A DNA stretch of 64,000 nt. Origin: SAR202 cluster bacterium. GTDB lineage: Bacteria > Chloroflexota > Dehalococcoidia > Lucifugimonadales > GCA-2712585. A program made the translations under genes and the position numbers. The stretch is taken from positions 180 to 64,179 of the forward strand of contig VGZZ01000007.1 of assembly GCA_016872285.1 (NCBI GenBank), in the 5' to 3' direction. This document shows, piece by piece, positions 9,115-17,886 of this stretch; the first letter of the stretch is position 1; every line of letters starts with the position of its first letter. Under the pieces are notes generated by a model. The model saw only the letters and a list, made by a program, of their open reading frames with translations. It made no database searches and was not told where the DNA came from.

Positions 9115-9189
9115 ACAGATTCCCTTCGACCAGGCTCAGGACAGGCTTCGACTGTGTCGGACTACCGACTTCGCTCAGAATGACAAATG
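9115..9189 (+). repeat. intergenic repeat, family C
   Basis: 'acagattcccttcgac..ctcaggacaggcttcgac..cttcgctcagaatgacaaatg'. Overlaps the last 5 codons and stop of the EVE gene. Confidence 0.8.
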
Positions 9190-10083
9190 CACTTTCTCTA
9201 TTGTCAGCATCAATCCTGAACTAGCATCGGGCGTCTTGAAGAACAGGAATAAAGCGATGCCGATCTCGGATTCGAGCGACTTTATCTGCTGTTTCAGTTC
9301 AAAGAGTTTCTCTACTTTCTTAATGTCGATAAACCGAAGTTGGTCGCGGATTTCATGGAAAGTGCCCGATAGAAGCTCCCCGGCCTTGGTGAAGTCCTTT
9401 GGGTTAGCAACCAGGAAAATACGGCTGTTCCAGAGGTCGTAGGCGTGTTTTAGTTTAGCGAGAGCCCGGTAAAGGTCACCACCTACCTGGACTTCAAAGA
9501 CATAGGTTGGGACTGACCGTTCGACGCGGCGCCAGACGACGTCCAGTCGCGCGCCGTTCATTGAGTATTCTTTCTCAGTTATGAACTTCTGAAGGCTTCC
9601 TATCTGTAAGAGTTTAGAGATTAGCTGGCTATGGAGAGGAGTCATTTCTGATTCGTCTGGTCGGAGGCCAGCGTGTTCTTCGAAAGCGGCGGAAATTTCT
9701 GCTATGGATTCTTCATCAAGAGATTGAAAGCCGCCTCTCGATAGCGTGCGGATTCTCTCTGAGGAGTATTTCTGGGCTTTCCAATTTGCTGGTGGCATTA
9801 GGTAGTCAACATCGAATTCGAAGCGGAGGGGCCACAAGACTTTCTTCTCTTTAACCTCGTCCGGCCAAAGAGGCTTGTCCTGCTTAAATTTCGTTGTGAC
9901 GGTGCCGAGGCCGACGATACCGCTGACGGGGATGCCTACATAAAAGACGAGCCTATCGCCTTGGGCGATGGATTCCCACATAATGGCTGGCCGTCCTTTG
10001 GCCTTGGTTCCCCAGATGTTTCCGAGTTTGAAAGTGCTTTCCCAGTTGCCTGGGGCACCGACGGCGAGCCACCATCGAGGCAT
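9175..10083 (-). CDS. EVE (PUA-like) domain fused to restriction-endonuclease-like domain
   Basis: 302 aa. N-terminus: 'WWLAVGAPGNWE..IWG..W..I.QGDRLVFYV..GIVGLGTV..LWPDE..WPLRFEF'. C-terminus: 'GARLDVVW..TYVFEVQVGGD..ALAKLKH', resembling a nuclease-fold core. AT-richer than its surroundings. Confidence 0.7.
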   Translation of the reverse strand: MPRWWLAVGAPGNWESTFKLGNIWGTKAKGRPAIMWESIAQGDRLVFYVGIPVSGIVGLGTVTTKFKQDKPLWPDEVKEKKVLWPLRFEFDVDYLMPPANWKAQKYSSERIRTLSRGGFQSLDEESIAEISAAFEEHAGLRPDESEMTPLHSQLISKLLQIGSLQKFITEKEYSMNGARLDVVWRRVERSVPTYVFEVQVGGDLYRALAKLKHAYDLWNSRIFLVANPKDFTKAGELLSGTFHEIRDQLRFIDIKKVEKLFELKQQIKSLESEIGIALFLFFKTPDASSGLMLTIEKVHLSF

Positions 10084-10092
10084 TTCATCTCC

Positions 10093-10377
10093 CTACCAAC
10101 TAAGATGGAGCATGATAGTGCCACCTTCCCAGGGGAGACTACCAATCCAATCTTGAATCTCCTTTGTGGATTCCTCTGACAATTTGTGGTTTTTGGCGTA
10201 ACGCTTTGCCCGATTGATGATTCGACGCTTAGACCATTCGAATATGAAGTTGCTGTCCCAACCCCCACCCCATGTATTTGGATAAGGGTCTACAGCGAAA
10301 TCTAGAAGGAAATCTTCCACAACTCCACGCGGATGGTAACCGTAATCGATCTTTACGATGCCAACGTCCATTCCCAT
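10093..10377 (-). CDS. hypothetical protein (94 aa), translationally coupled upstream partner of the EVE gene
   Basis: Only a 9-nt gap to the EVE start, on the same strand and with the same low GC. No motif I recognise. Confidence 0.5.
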   Translation of the reverse strand: MGMDVGIVKIDYGYHPRGVVEDFLLDFAVDPYPNTWGGGWDSNFIFEWSKRRIINRAKRYAKNHKLSEESTKEIQDWIGSLPWEGGTIMLHLSW

Positions 10378-10472
10378 GGCCTTGACCTCCTAAAATTTGG
10401 TCCAGGACCATATCGGACCAGGGAGGTGGAGTCAAGGGGTTGGGAAAGGAATGGGGTGAGATTAGATGTGGA

Positions 10473-10525
10473 GTGTGACGGTGGTCACGTCGATTAGATT
10501 CTTCGCTGGGCTCAGAATTACAAAG
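10473..10525 (+). repeat. intergenic repeat, family C
   Basis: 'gtgtgacggtggtcacgtcgattagattcttcgctgggctcagaattaca'. Confidence 0.75.
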
Positions 10526-10676
10526 GGAGCGCGGCGACCTCGCCCCTACGGGCTGGGGGCGAGTATGGAGAGTTGCTGACGGACGGCGCGCTGAGATTTC
10601 TCCCGCCTGAGGCGGGTCGAAATGACGTTACACCCTTCCCTATTCCTGCCCCATCGGAGGCAGGGCGGAGCGACCT

Positions 10677-10925
10677 CTAATACCGCTCCCACCAGGGGGT
10701 GGGGGAGGGGTAGGCGGGGCCGATTTTGTTATGGGGCCGGGACTGGAGGGAGTCCAGGTAGGCGGTCTCCAGGGCTTTAAGGGCCTCGTTGGTGGAGAAG
10801 CCCATCCTGGCGCCGCATCGACGGCAGATGCGGGACTGCCATTCGGGTCGGAGGCCGCATTTAAGGCAGCCCCATCGGGGCAGCGGCGTGGCCGGCTTTT
10901 GAGTCCCGTCGTCAGGTTTATGCAC
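10677..10925 (-). CDS. small zinc-ribbon protein
   Basis: 82 aa with CxxC-x11-CxxC ('CLKCG...CRRCG'). High GC like the host backbone. Confidence 0.45.
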   Translation of the reverse strand: MHKPDDGTQKPATPLPRWGCLKCGLRPEWQSRICRRCGARMGFSTNEALKALETAYLDSLQSRPHNKIGPAYPSPTPWWERY

Positions 10926-11061
10926 TTGGTTGGAAGCTTAGCAGTCTTGTTGGCGGATAATACGGACGTTTGGACAGTAGTCGATAGGAATATTCGACTA
11001 GTCCCGGGCGGGACGGCAAAGGGAGGCAGGCCGCGTATGGGCGGCCTGATGGCGGGCTGAC

Positions 11062-11095
11062 GGCGGGCCGATAAAATCGGCCCGCCGCGAATTTT
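11062..11095. terminator. GC-rich hairpin downstream of the Asp23 operon
   Basis: GGCGGGCCGAT-aaa-ATCGGCCCGCC. A T-run is present only on the plus side ('gcgaatttt'). Confidence 0.35.
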
Positions 11096-11100
11096 GAAGC

Positions 11101-11316
11101 CTACCTGCCGCCGTTGTTGCGGCGGGTCTCGACGAAGCGTTCCAGGACGCCGTCCACCATACCGAACTCGCCGGCGACGTATTTGCCGATGAGCCAGCCG
11201 GTGAGGGCGAGGACGCCGACGACGATGGCTTCCCACCAGCCGAGCCAGACGAGGACTACGCCGAGGATGAGGCCGAAGACTAAGCCGGTGATTTTGGGAT
11301 TGTTCATTTCAATCAA
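11101..11316 (-). CDS. DUF2273 small integral membrane protein
   Basis: 71 aa with two TM segments. Its position at the end of an Asp23/AmaP operon is typical. Confidence 0.75.
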   Translation of the reverse strand: MIEMNNPKITGLVFGLILGVVLVWLGWWEAIVVGVLALTGWLIGKYVAGEFGMVDGVLERFVETRRNNGGR

Positions 11317-11390
11317 CCATCCTTGTTGGGTTAATGGTTCATAGGAGAGGGACAGGCTATTAGAGCCTTCTTTAGCCTGACAGACGGGAC

Positions 11391-11450
11391 GTAGTGCCAG
11401 TGTTTCACCCTCACCTTAATCCTCTCCCATCAAGGGAGAGGAGATTTTGC
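11391..11450 (+). repeat. hairpin repeat, family A
   Basis: 'gtagtgccagtgtttcaccctcaccttaatcctctcccatcaagggagagga', near-identical to the 20114 and 14838 copies. Confidence 0.85.
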
Positions 11451-11486
11451 TAGGACTCAGTTAGAAAGCCGTCCTTGTTCTCAATC

Positions 11487-11651
11487 GGGATACCATCCCC
11501 TTTATCCCTTTCCCGACTGCATCGGGACTGAGTACAGCCTGCCGGAAGGGGAAGAAATTATTGATCACCTCATCATCCCCCTTCGACAAGCTCAGGGCAG
11601 GCTCTAACCCCTTCTTCTCCTTTGCAATAGGAGAAGAAGGGGAACCTGAGG
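11487..11651 (+). repeat. mosaic hairpin repeat, family B with an extra module
   Basis: Same as 6358..6500, plus an inserted 'cccccttcgacaagctcagggcaggctctaacc'. Confidence 0.85.
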
Positions 11652-11702
11652 GGAGGGAGACACTCCCAGCATACGCATGGAAAGATGGCGCACCGCGATG
11701 AA

Positions 11703-12317
11703 TTAGTCGGGGACGAGGCGGGAGCCGTCGCCGCGCTGGTATCTGACACGGTCCACGGTGACGGAGGCCACGGTGAGGCCGGTGAGTTTTTCGACGGTAT
11801 CTCGGATGCGAAACTGGAGGTCGTCGCGGACTTCCTGGAGGTTGGCGCCGAAGGCCACTTTGGGATAGCAGTCGATGGCGACCACGGTGGGGACATGGCC
11901 GCGACGGCCGTTGCCGTAGGAGCGGACGCGGCAGTCCATGAAAGAGACCTGTCGGTTGGCGGCGCCGGTCTTCTCCGCCAGGTAGCGGACGCTGTCCTCG
12001 TCGATGGTGAGGTCGCCGTCGGGGGAGTTGCTGATGGTGAGGGGGCGTCCGTGGCGCTCTTTGGGCTTGAGCTCGTTGTAAATGAGGTAGAGCATGACGG
12101 CACCCACGGCCAGGGATATCAGGAGGGTGGTGGCAAGGGCTCCGCCATCGAAATCGCGGATGCCTTGCAGCTGGGGTTGGAACCAGGCGTTGGGGAGGAA
12201 GTCAGGGTCGGCGGCCTCAATGGCGACGAGGACTATGACGACGGCGCCGGCCAGGGCCAGGAGGGCCGCCAGCACCACGATGAGGCGGTTGAGACGGTCC
12301 AAAATCGCGTCAGCCAT
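11703..12317 (-). CDS. amaP: alkaline shock response membrane anchor protein AmaP
   Basis: 204 aa with N-terminal TM helices and a conserved soluble tail. Sits between Asp23 genes and DUF2273. Confidence 0.75.
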   Translation of the reverse strand: MADAILDRLNRLIVVLAALLALAGAVVIVLVAIEAADPDFLPNAWFQPQLQGIRDFDGGALATTLLISLAVGAVMLYLIYNELKPKERHGRPLTISNSPDGDLTIDEDSVRYLAEKTGAANRQVSFMDCRVRSYGNGRRGHVPTVVAIDCYPKVAFGANLQEVRDDLQFRIRDTVEKLTGLTVASVTVDRVRYQRGDGSRLVPD

Positions 12318-12543
12318 AGTCAGTCACCTCATAAGTAGATTCGGGTCCTAAATTATTTAGTGGGGATCATCCCTACCCTGCCCAACGCCCTACCCATCCA
12401 CCCCGACCCCCCTCTCTAACTCTCCCCCTCAAGGGGGGAGAGGACCAGACGGGAGGGCCAGGACGGGCGCCTTGACGTTCAGCCTATGGGGACGATCAGA
12501 GGAGGCGGAACGTCCTAGGGTAGGGCGGTGTCGGAGGGCCATC

Positions 12544-12963
12544 TTACTCGACGCGGCCGGGCATCTTGTCGGGGAACTCAATGCCCATGACGTTGATGTT
12601 GATCTCCTTGGTGACAAGGCCAAGGTGCTCCAGGACTCGCTGGGCCACGGCCTGCCGGACACCGATGACGACTTCCGGGATGCAGAAGCCGTACATGACC
12701 TTCATGTCCATGTCCAGGATGGCCTCGCGGGCGCCGGATTCCACCTGAACGCCCTGGGTCTTTTTGCCGCCGAAGGCGCTGCGGATGGTCTTCTTGCCGA
12801 TGTCTGCGACGCCCTGGACCTCCTTGGCGGTCATGCTGGCGATGGAGGCGATGACGTCGTCATTGATGGTAGTCTTGCCGCCGACGTCGAGTTCATTCAT
12901 GGATTTGACCTCCTCCATGCGGGGGGTCATTTCCTTTTCCAAAACGGTTATGTTGTTAGCCAT
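12544..12963 (-). CDS. Asp23/Gls24 family envelope stress protein
   Basis: 139 aa with 'INDDVIASIASMTAKEVQGV' and 'INVNVMGIEF', typical Asp23 features. Confidence 0.9.
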   Translation of the reverse strand: MANNITVLEKEMTPRMEEVKSMNELDVGGKTTINDDVIASIASMTAKEVQGVADIGKKTIRSAFGGKKTQGVQVESGAREAILDMDMKVMYGFCIPEVVIGVRQAVAQRVLEHLGLVTKEININVMGIEFPDKMPGRVE

Positions 12964-13003
12964 AGTGTCCTCCTATTGATGTGCGGCGCGTTTCTAGACG
13001 GTC

Positions 13004-13543
13004 TTACTTAACTCTTCCGGGCATCTTGCTGGGGATGTTCAGACTTGCTACGTTCACGTTTATCTCTTTGGCATAGAGACCACATAGGTTTAGAAGCCTT
13101 TCCGCCACGTTCCGTCGAATATCCACAACGGTTTGGGGGACGGGGAAGCCGTAGGTGAGCTTCACGGTTATGTCTACAATGGCTTCTTTGCGTCCGGCTT
13201 CGACGCTGACCCCGCGGGCGCGGCGCTCTGCCCCGCGGAAGGTTTCCGCGAAGAGGCGGCGGAAGGAACTGACACCCACGTCAGCGACGCCTTCCACCTC
13301 CTTGGTGGCCTGGCAGGCGATGGCGCCGATGACCTCATCCTTGATGGCGGTGGAGCCTTCGACGACCATGGTGTCGATCCTGCTTAACTCTTCCAGCCTA
13401 GGGAGCATCTCCAACTCTCGGATGGTGAGGCCGGTCATAACGGCGGGATGGCTAAGGGCCGGCGGCTGGGCCTTGGATTCGATAACTTCGATATCGGGCT
13501 GAGACTCGACTTGAACATCAGTATCAGGCTTGAGTGTCGCCAT
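13004..13543 (-). CDS. Asp23/Gls24 family protein (longer paralog)
   Basis: 179 aa with 'IKDEVIGAIACQATKEVEGV..INVNVASLNIP'. Confidence 0.9.
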   Translation of the reverse strand: MATLKPDTDVQVESQPDIEVIESKAQPPALSHPAVMTGLTIRELEMLPRLEELSRIDTMVVEGSTAIKDEVIGAIACQATKEVEGVADVGVSSFRRLFAETFRGAERRARGVSVEAGRKEAIVDITVKLTYGFPVPQTVVDIRRNVAERLLNLCGLYAKEINVNVASLNIPSKMPGRVK

Positions 13544-13948
13544 TTCAGGACCTCCTTAGAATTCCATTGCTCTTTTATAAGGCCTGGCAAGGCTTGAAAT
13601 TTTCAGGCCCGGATTGCTTATGATTTCCTGACCTGCCTATCCCCAAAACTTATTTTCCAGTCTGCGAAGGTCAGTTTGGGGCGCACCTACGGGGTGAACA
13701 ATAGGCGAGGCGCCTTGCCGGATTGATAGGCTAGCGGGGAGCATTGGACCTGGGGTTAGGTTGAGCTTAGAGACCAGCCCGCCATACCTATTGTGAATAT
13801 AGGCGCGGAAGATTAGGAAAAAGATGCCCTTTTGTGTAGTTGCCGGCAATCCATTTGGATAGTTCTTTGGGCAGAAGACCCCATTCTTTCAACCTTAGAC
13901 TAGGCCCCAGAGGGTCTCCCTTATAACACAACGGGACAAGGCAGGGGG

Positions 13949-14296
13949 CTAGTCGTCCAGGGGGAGGAGGCGGCCCAGGGCGAGTTCTCGAATGGCTTTC
14001 TGGGTGACGCGGTAGAAGAGGTTGCCGGTGGCGGAGGCCCACATGTCCAGGTAGCCGGCGGAGATCTGGGAGCCTATCCAGTTGTGGGATAGCTGGAGGT
14101 CGTCCAGCATTTTGAAAAGGGCGCGCTGTTCGATGACGCCAATGCCATAGATCTGCTCCAAGAGCTGGGTGGAGGGGTCGGTGGGTTTGGCAATGGGGAG
14201 GCCGGAGGGTTCTTTGAGGATGGCCTCCAGGCGGTCCAGGTTCTGCCGGATGGTGCGAAGGAGCCGTCTGGCCTGGGAGTAGCGGGAGGTCTGCAT
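13949..14296 (-). CDS. hypothetical protein
   Basis: 115-aa ORF with SD GGAGG upstream. No recognisable motif. Confidence 0.45.
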   Translation of the reverse strand: MQTSRYSQARRLLRTIRQNLDRLEAILKEPSGLPIAKPTDPSTQLLEQIYGIGVIEQRALFKMLDDLQLSHNWIGSQISAGYLDMWASATGNLFYRVTQKAIRELALGRLLPLDD

Positions 14297-14448
14297 GGGT
14301 GTGGGCCTCCGAGGAGGATGGGGAGCATTTTACTACAAGGGGGAATGATGGTGATTAGGTAATAAGGAGGTAGCTAAGCTGTCTTGCAGGACTGAAAATT
14401 TGCAGCGTAACCGTTGTGGGGTGTGAATTTGGTGGGGAGAGGTGGGGT

Positions 14449-14733
14449 ATGGGTGTCACGCTTTTGCTGGCGGTGGGACTGGCGTATAACGTGGTGCTGC
14501 TGTTGTTCTGGCATGTGGCGCAATCGAATTCATGGCGGACGGTGGTGATTTGGGACAGGTACGGGGAACACTGGATTGAGGGCGGGATGATGTACGGGAC
14601 GCTGGCGGCGCTTTTGGGGGCGGTGGTGTGGAGGATTGTGGGGGCTGGGAGAAGGGTGTGGCAGGGGAGGGTGCGAGGAGTGGGGCGGGGTAGAATTGAG
14701 GGGTTGGGGAAGAGGAGGCAGGAGGAGGGATAG
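14449..14733 (+). CDS. hypothetical small membrane protein
   Basis: Two hydrophobic helices follow ATG 14449. The Gly/Arg-rich tail comes from a G-rich tract. Competes with antisense ORFs. Confidence 0.35.
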   Translation: MGVTLLLAVGLAYNVVLLLFWHVAQSNSWRTVVIWDRYGEHWIEGGMMYGTLAALLGAVVWRIVGAGRRVWQGRVRGVGRGRIEGLGKRRQEEG

Positions 14734-14837
14734 ATGGAGGAAGGGCCCTTCACCTTTGTCCTTACCTACAGGAAGTGGGGAAGGGATAATTCGCAGCGTG
14801 ATAGGCGGCAGTGATAAAGGGTTGCGTCCATAGGATA

Positions 14838-14875
14838 TCACCCTCACCTTAATCCTCTCCCATCAAGGGAGAGGA
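14838..14875 (+). repeat. hairpin repeat, family A core
   Basis: 'tcaccctcaccttaatcctctcccatcaagggagagga'. Confidence 0.85.
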
Positions 14876-14949
14876 AATAAGAAGACCTCGTCCAAGTATG
14901 AGACCTATGGAAGGCGCATACCCTTTGATTACATCATGACAAAATCCAA

Positions 14950-16314
14950 TTACCAGCCGTGGTCCAGCTTGTCGCGGAGGGCGGGGAGGAGGGTGGCGAT
15001 GGGGAGGCGGAGCTGGGCCATGGTGTCGCGGTCACGGAGGGTGACCTGTTTGTCTTCCAGGGTGTCGAAGTCGATGGTGACGCAGAAGGGGGTGCCGACT
15101 TCATCCTGGCGGCGGTAGCGGCGGCCAATGGACTGGGCGTCGTCATAGGTGGTGGCGAAGTGGGGCCGGAGGAGGGCGTGGACCTGGCGCGCCGTGGGCG
15201 TCAGCTTCTCGTTGCGGCTGAGGGGGAGGACGGCCACTTTCGTGGGGGCGAGGATTCGATGGAGGCGGAGGAGGGCGCGGACGTCGGGGGCGCCTCCCGC
15301 TTTCGTGGGGGGAAGCTCCTGCTCCTGGTACGAGTCGATGAGGAAGGCGAGGGCGGCACGGTCCACTCCGCCGGAGGGCTCGATAACGTAGGGATGGAAG
15401 TGCTGCTGGTCCGCCGGGGCGGACTCGTCAAAATACTTTAGGTTCTGGCCTGAGGACTGCTCGTGCTGGCGGAGGTCGAAGTCGGTGCGATTGGCGATGC
15501 CCTCAAGCTCGGCCCAACCCCAGGGGAAGTTGTACTCGATATCGTAGACGTCCTTGGCGTAGTGGGCTAGCTCGCTTTTGTCGTGGCGGCGGAGGCGGAG
15601 GTTGTCGGGGCGGATGCCGTGGCGGACGTACCAGTCGAAGCGGGCGTCACGCCAGTATTGGAGCCATCGGTCGTCGTCGCCGGGCTTGACGAAGAACTCC
15701 AGCTCCATCTGCTCGAACTCGCGGGTGCGGAAGGTGGAGTTGCCGGGGGTGATCTCGTTGCGGAAGGCCTTGCCGATCTGGGCGATGCCGAAGGGGAGCT
15801 TGCGGCGGGCGGAGACCTGGACGTTCTGGAAGTTGACGAAGATGCCCTGGGCGGTTTCGGGCCGGAGGTAGATTTGGGAGGCGGTGTCCTCGGCGGCGCC
15901 CATGAAGGTCTTGAACATAAGGTTGAACTGGCGGGGGTCGGTGAGGCTGTCTTTGGCGCCGCAGTTGGGGCAATTGGCGCCTTCTAACTGGTCGGCGCGG
16001 AATCGCTGGTGACAGCTTTTGCACTCGACCAAGGGGTCGGTGAAGTTTTGAACGTGGCCGGAGGCCTCCCAGATTTTGGGGTGCATGAGGATGGCGGAGT
16101 CGAGGCCGACGATGGAGAAGTCGTCGCCCTGGTCGTAGACCATGGAGCGCCACCAGGCGTCCTTGACGTTGCGTTTGAGTTCGGCGCCGAGGGGGCCGTA
16201 GTCCCAGGTGGCGTTGAGGCCGCCGTAGATTTCGCTGCTTTGGAAGAAGAAGCCGCGGCGCTTGGCGAGGGAGAGGATTTTGTCCATGAGGGGGAGTTGG
16301 GTCTGGGTGGACAC
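14950..16314 (-). CDS. glyQS: glycine--tRNA ligase (dimeric class II)
   Basis: 454 aa with 'RRGFFFQSSEIYGGL..WDYGPLG' and class II motifs. GTG start preceded by AAGGAGCCCCC. Confidence 0.95.
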   Translation of the reverse strand: MSTQTQLPLMDKILSLAKRRGFFFQSSEIYGGLNATWDYGPLGAELKRNVKDAWWRSMVYDQGDDFSIVGLDSAILMHPKIWEASGHVQNFTDPLVECKSCHQRFRADQLEGANCPNCGAKDSLTDPRQFNLMFKTFMGAAEDTASQIYLRPETAQGIFVNFQNVQVSARRKLPFGIAQIGKAFRNEITPGNSTFRTREFEQMELEFFVKPGDDDRWLQYWRDARFDWYVRHGIRPDNLRLRRHDKSELAHYAKDVYDIEYNFPWGWAELEGIANRTDFDLRQHEQSSGQNLKYFDESAPADQQHFHPYVIEPSGGVDRAALAFLIDSYQEQELPPTKAGGAPDVRALLRLHRILAPTKVAVLPLSRNEKLTPTARQVHALLRPHFATTYDDAQSIGRRYRRQDEVGTPFCVTIDFDTLEDKQVTLRDRDTMAQLRLPIATLLPALRDKLDHGW

Positions 16315-16417
16315 GGGGGCTCCTTGGGTTTGGGGATGGTGTAAGGGTAGCAGTGGCGCGCAAGGAGTGTAAAGGTTGTGATGTTACGAGTGAGGGAGCG
16401 GTTCTAATTTTAGGTGC

Positions 16418-16423
16418 TATAAT
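16418..16423 (+). promoter_or_regulatory. candidate -10 box (TATAAT) for vapBC
   Basis: A perfect TATAAT lies 34 nt upstream of the vapB ATG. No convincing -35 box. Confidence 0.3.
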
Positions 16424-16456
16424 GTAGTCTCATAAGTGGTCACAAAGGAGATAGAT

Positions 16457-16720
16457 ATGAGAGAAGTAGGGATAAGAGAGTTAAAGGAGAAGACAAGCAA
16501 GATTTTACGAGAGGTGAGTGACAGACGAGAGACCATAGCTATAACAAGCCGCGGAAAGTTGATCGCTAGGCTGGTACCTGTGGTAGATAAAGAGGCCGTT
16601 TTAGAGGAGAGCTTAAAGGTGCTGAAAGAGATGGATGAATTGGCTAAAGAGATAGGGAAATACTGGCCTAAAGGCGTGTCGGCGGTGGAGGCGGTAAGGG
16701 AACAGCGAAGAGATTTCTAA
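16457..16720 (+). CDS. vapB: type II antitoxin, Phd/YefM-like (VapB)
   Basis: 'MREVGIRELKEKTSKILREV..ETIAITSRGKLIARLVPV'. AGGAG lies 7 nt upstream, and the stop abuts the vapC start. Confidence 0.8.
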   Translation: MREVGIRELKEKTSKILREVSDRRETIAITSRGKLIARLVPVVDKEAVLEESLKVLKEMDELAKEIGKYWPKGVSAVEAVREQRRDF

Positions 16721-16721
16721 C

Positions 16722-17141
16722 ATGTATGTAGTAGACACTAGTGTGTGGGTAAGCAAATTTGTTATCGAAGACTCTAATCACAGCATCAGCGCCGGTTGGT
16801 TTGAGTTCGCCGTTAGGCAGGGCGAGGCGCTGGTCTGTCCATCCTTTGTTCTCGCCGAGACTGCCGGGGCTGTTGCGAGACGCACAAGAAGGCGGTCGAT
16901 AGGAATTGATGCCGCTCGGTTGATGGAACAACTACCAATTTTTAGGTTGGTGTCCGTTGACTTACAACTAGCGAAATTGAGTGCTGAAGTAGCATCTCGA
17001 GGGCTTATAAGAGGCAGCGACGCAGTGTACGTAGCGCTAGCGCAAGAATTAGATGTGCCGCTGGTTACTTGGGACCAGGAACAAAAGATGAGGGGAAACC
17101 AGTTCGTAAGAACGACTACGCCTATGGAAAACTCGGTCTGA
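16722..17141 (+). CDS. vapC: PIN-domain toxin VapC
   Basis: 139 aa starting 'MYVVDTSVWV', with acidic PIN residues and a 1-nt gap after the antitoxin. Confidence 0.85.
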   Translation: MYVVDTSVWVSKFVIEDSNHSISAGWFEFAVRQGEALVCPSFVLAETAGAVARRTRRRSIGIDAARLMEQLPIFRLVSVDLQLAKLSAEVASRGLIRGSDAVYVALAQELDVPLVTWDQEQKMRGNQFVRTTTPMENSV

Positions 17142-17148
17142 TTGGAAT

Positions 17149-17223
<75 letters not shown>

Positions 17224-17347
17224 GCAAAGATAGGGTAGGATAGGGCTATTGGGGTGTCAATACGAATTAGAGAAGGAGCACCTTCAGGTATAATTCTACA
17301 GGAAAAGCGTGTTGGCCGCTGATTGGAACGAAGCTGAGAGGTAGTCA

Positions 17348-17590
17348 ATGCTAACAAAGTATTTACAAGCTGCGATGAAGCGGGCCAAGTACGAGATATT
17401 GCCCGAGGACAAGGGGTATTACGGGGAGATACCTGGTTTTCAGGGCGTTTATGCCAACTCGGATACTTTAGAAAGGTGCAGGGAGGAGTTGAGGGAGGTG
17501 CTGGAAGGTTGGGTGATGCTGAGCCTGGCGAAGGGCTTGCCGATGCCAGTGGTGGATGGGATTGACATAAACGTCAAACAAACCGCCTGA
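17348..17590 (+). CDS. hicB: HicB family antitoxin
   Basis: 80 aa with 'YEILPEDKGYYGEIPGFQGVYANSDTLEECREELREVLEGW', typical of HicB/UPF0150. Confidence 0.8.
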   Translation: MLTKYLQAAMKRAKYEILPEDKGYYGEIPGFQGVYANSDTLERCREELREVLEGWVMLSLAKGLPMPVVDGIDINVKQTA

Positions 17591-17817
17591 TGCCTCCCCT
17601 GGGGCCGATTAGGCTAGGTGAGCTTTTGAGATTTTTAAGGACGTTGGGCTTTGAGGGGCCTTAAGCGGGCGGCAGGCATGAATACATGATACGAGGACAG
17701 GTCAGACTCTGGATTCCAAATCCACATCGCGGGGATATAAGCTGAGATTTTCTTATTCGCATCTAAGACAGGCAGGGATTACGAGGAAGGGATGGGAGGG
17801 CCTTTAGGGACTCCTAA
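17590..17817 (+). pseudogene. hicA: HicA toxin pseudogene (three in-frame stops)
   Basis: ATG overlaps the hicB stop (TGATG). Translation: MPPLGPIRLGELLRFLRTLGFEGP*AGGRHEYMIRGQVRLWIPNPHRGDIS*DFLIRI*DRQGL.., which matches the HicA pattern (GF..GSH..vP.H...). Confidence 0.7.
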
Positions 17818-17827
17818 AGGGGCATAC

Positions 17828-17878
17828 GACCAATCGGTTATGAGCCGACCGCTCTATCACTAGGCTACGGGCCCGCAA
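17828..17878 (-). repeat. 51-nt degenerate copy of the tRNA(CAU) 5' half
   Basis: Matches 17177..17227 with 3 mismatches, covering the tRNA 5' end through the anticodon arm. Confidence 0.85.
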
Positions 17879-17886
17879 CTATTTAT

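Noticed and set aside
13544-13948. Possible structured ncRNA or riboswitch in the 400-nt gap upstream of the Asp23 operon.
   Set aside because: I saw only weak, imperfect inverted repeats (CCCCAAAACT...AGTTTGGGG) and no match to any RNA family consensus I can recall. This needs an Infernal scan rather than a claim.
16315-16456. T-box or other leader upstream of glyQS.
   Set aside because: Only about 120 nt separate glyQS from the divergent vapB. That is too short for a T-box, and I could find no specifier or T-box consensus sequence.
17590-17817. Stop-codon reassignment or readthrough as the explanation for the three in-frame stops in hicA.
   Set aside because: TAA and TGA terminate many well-conserved genes in this window at the expected family C-termini. 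A pseudogene is the simpler reading.
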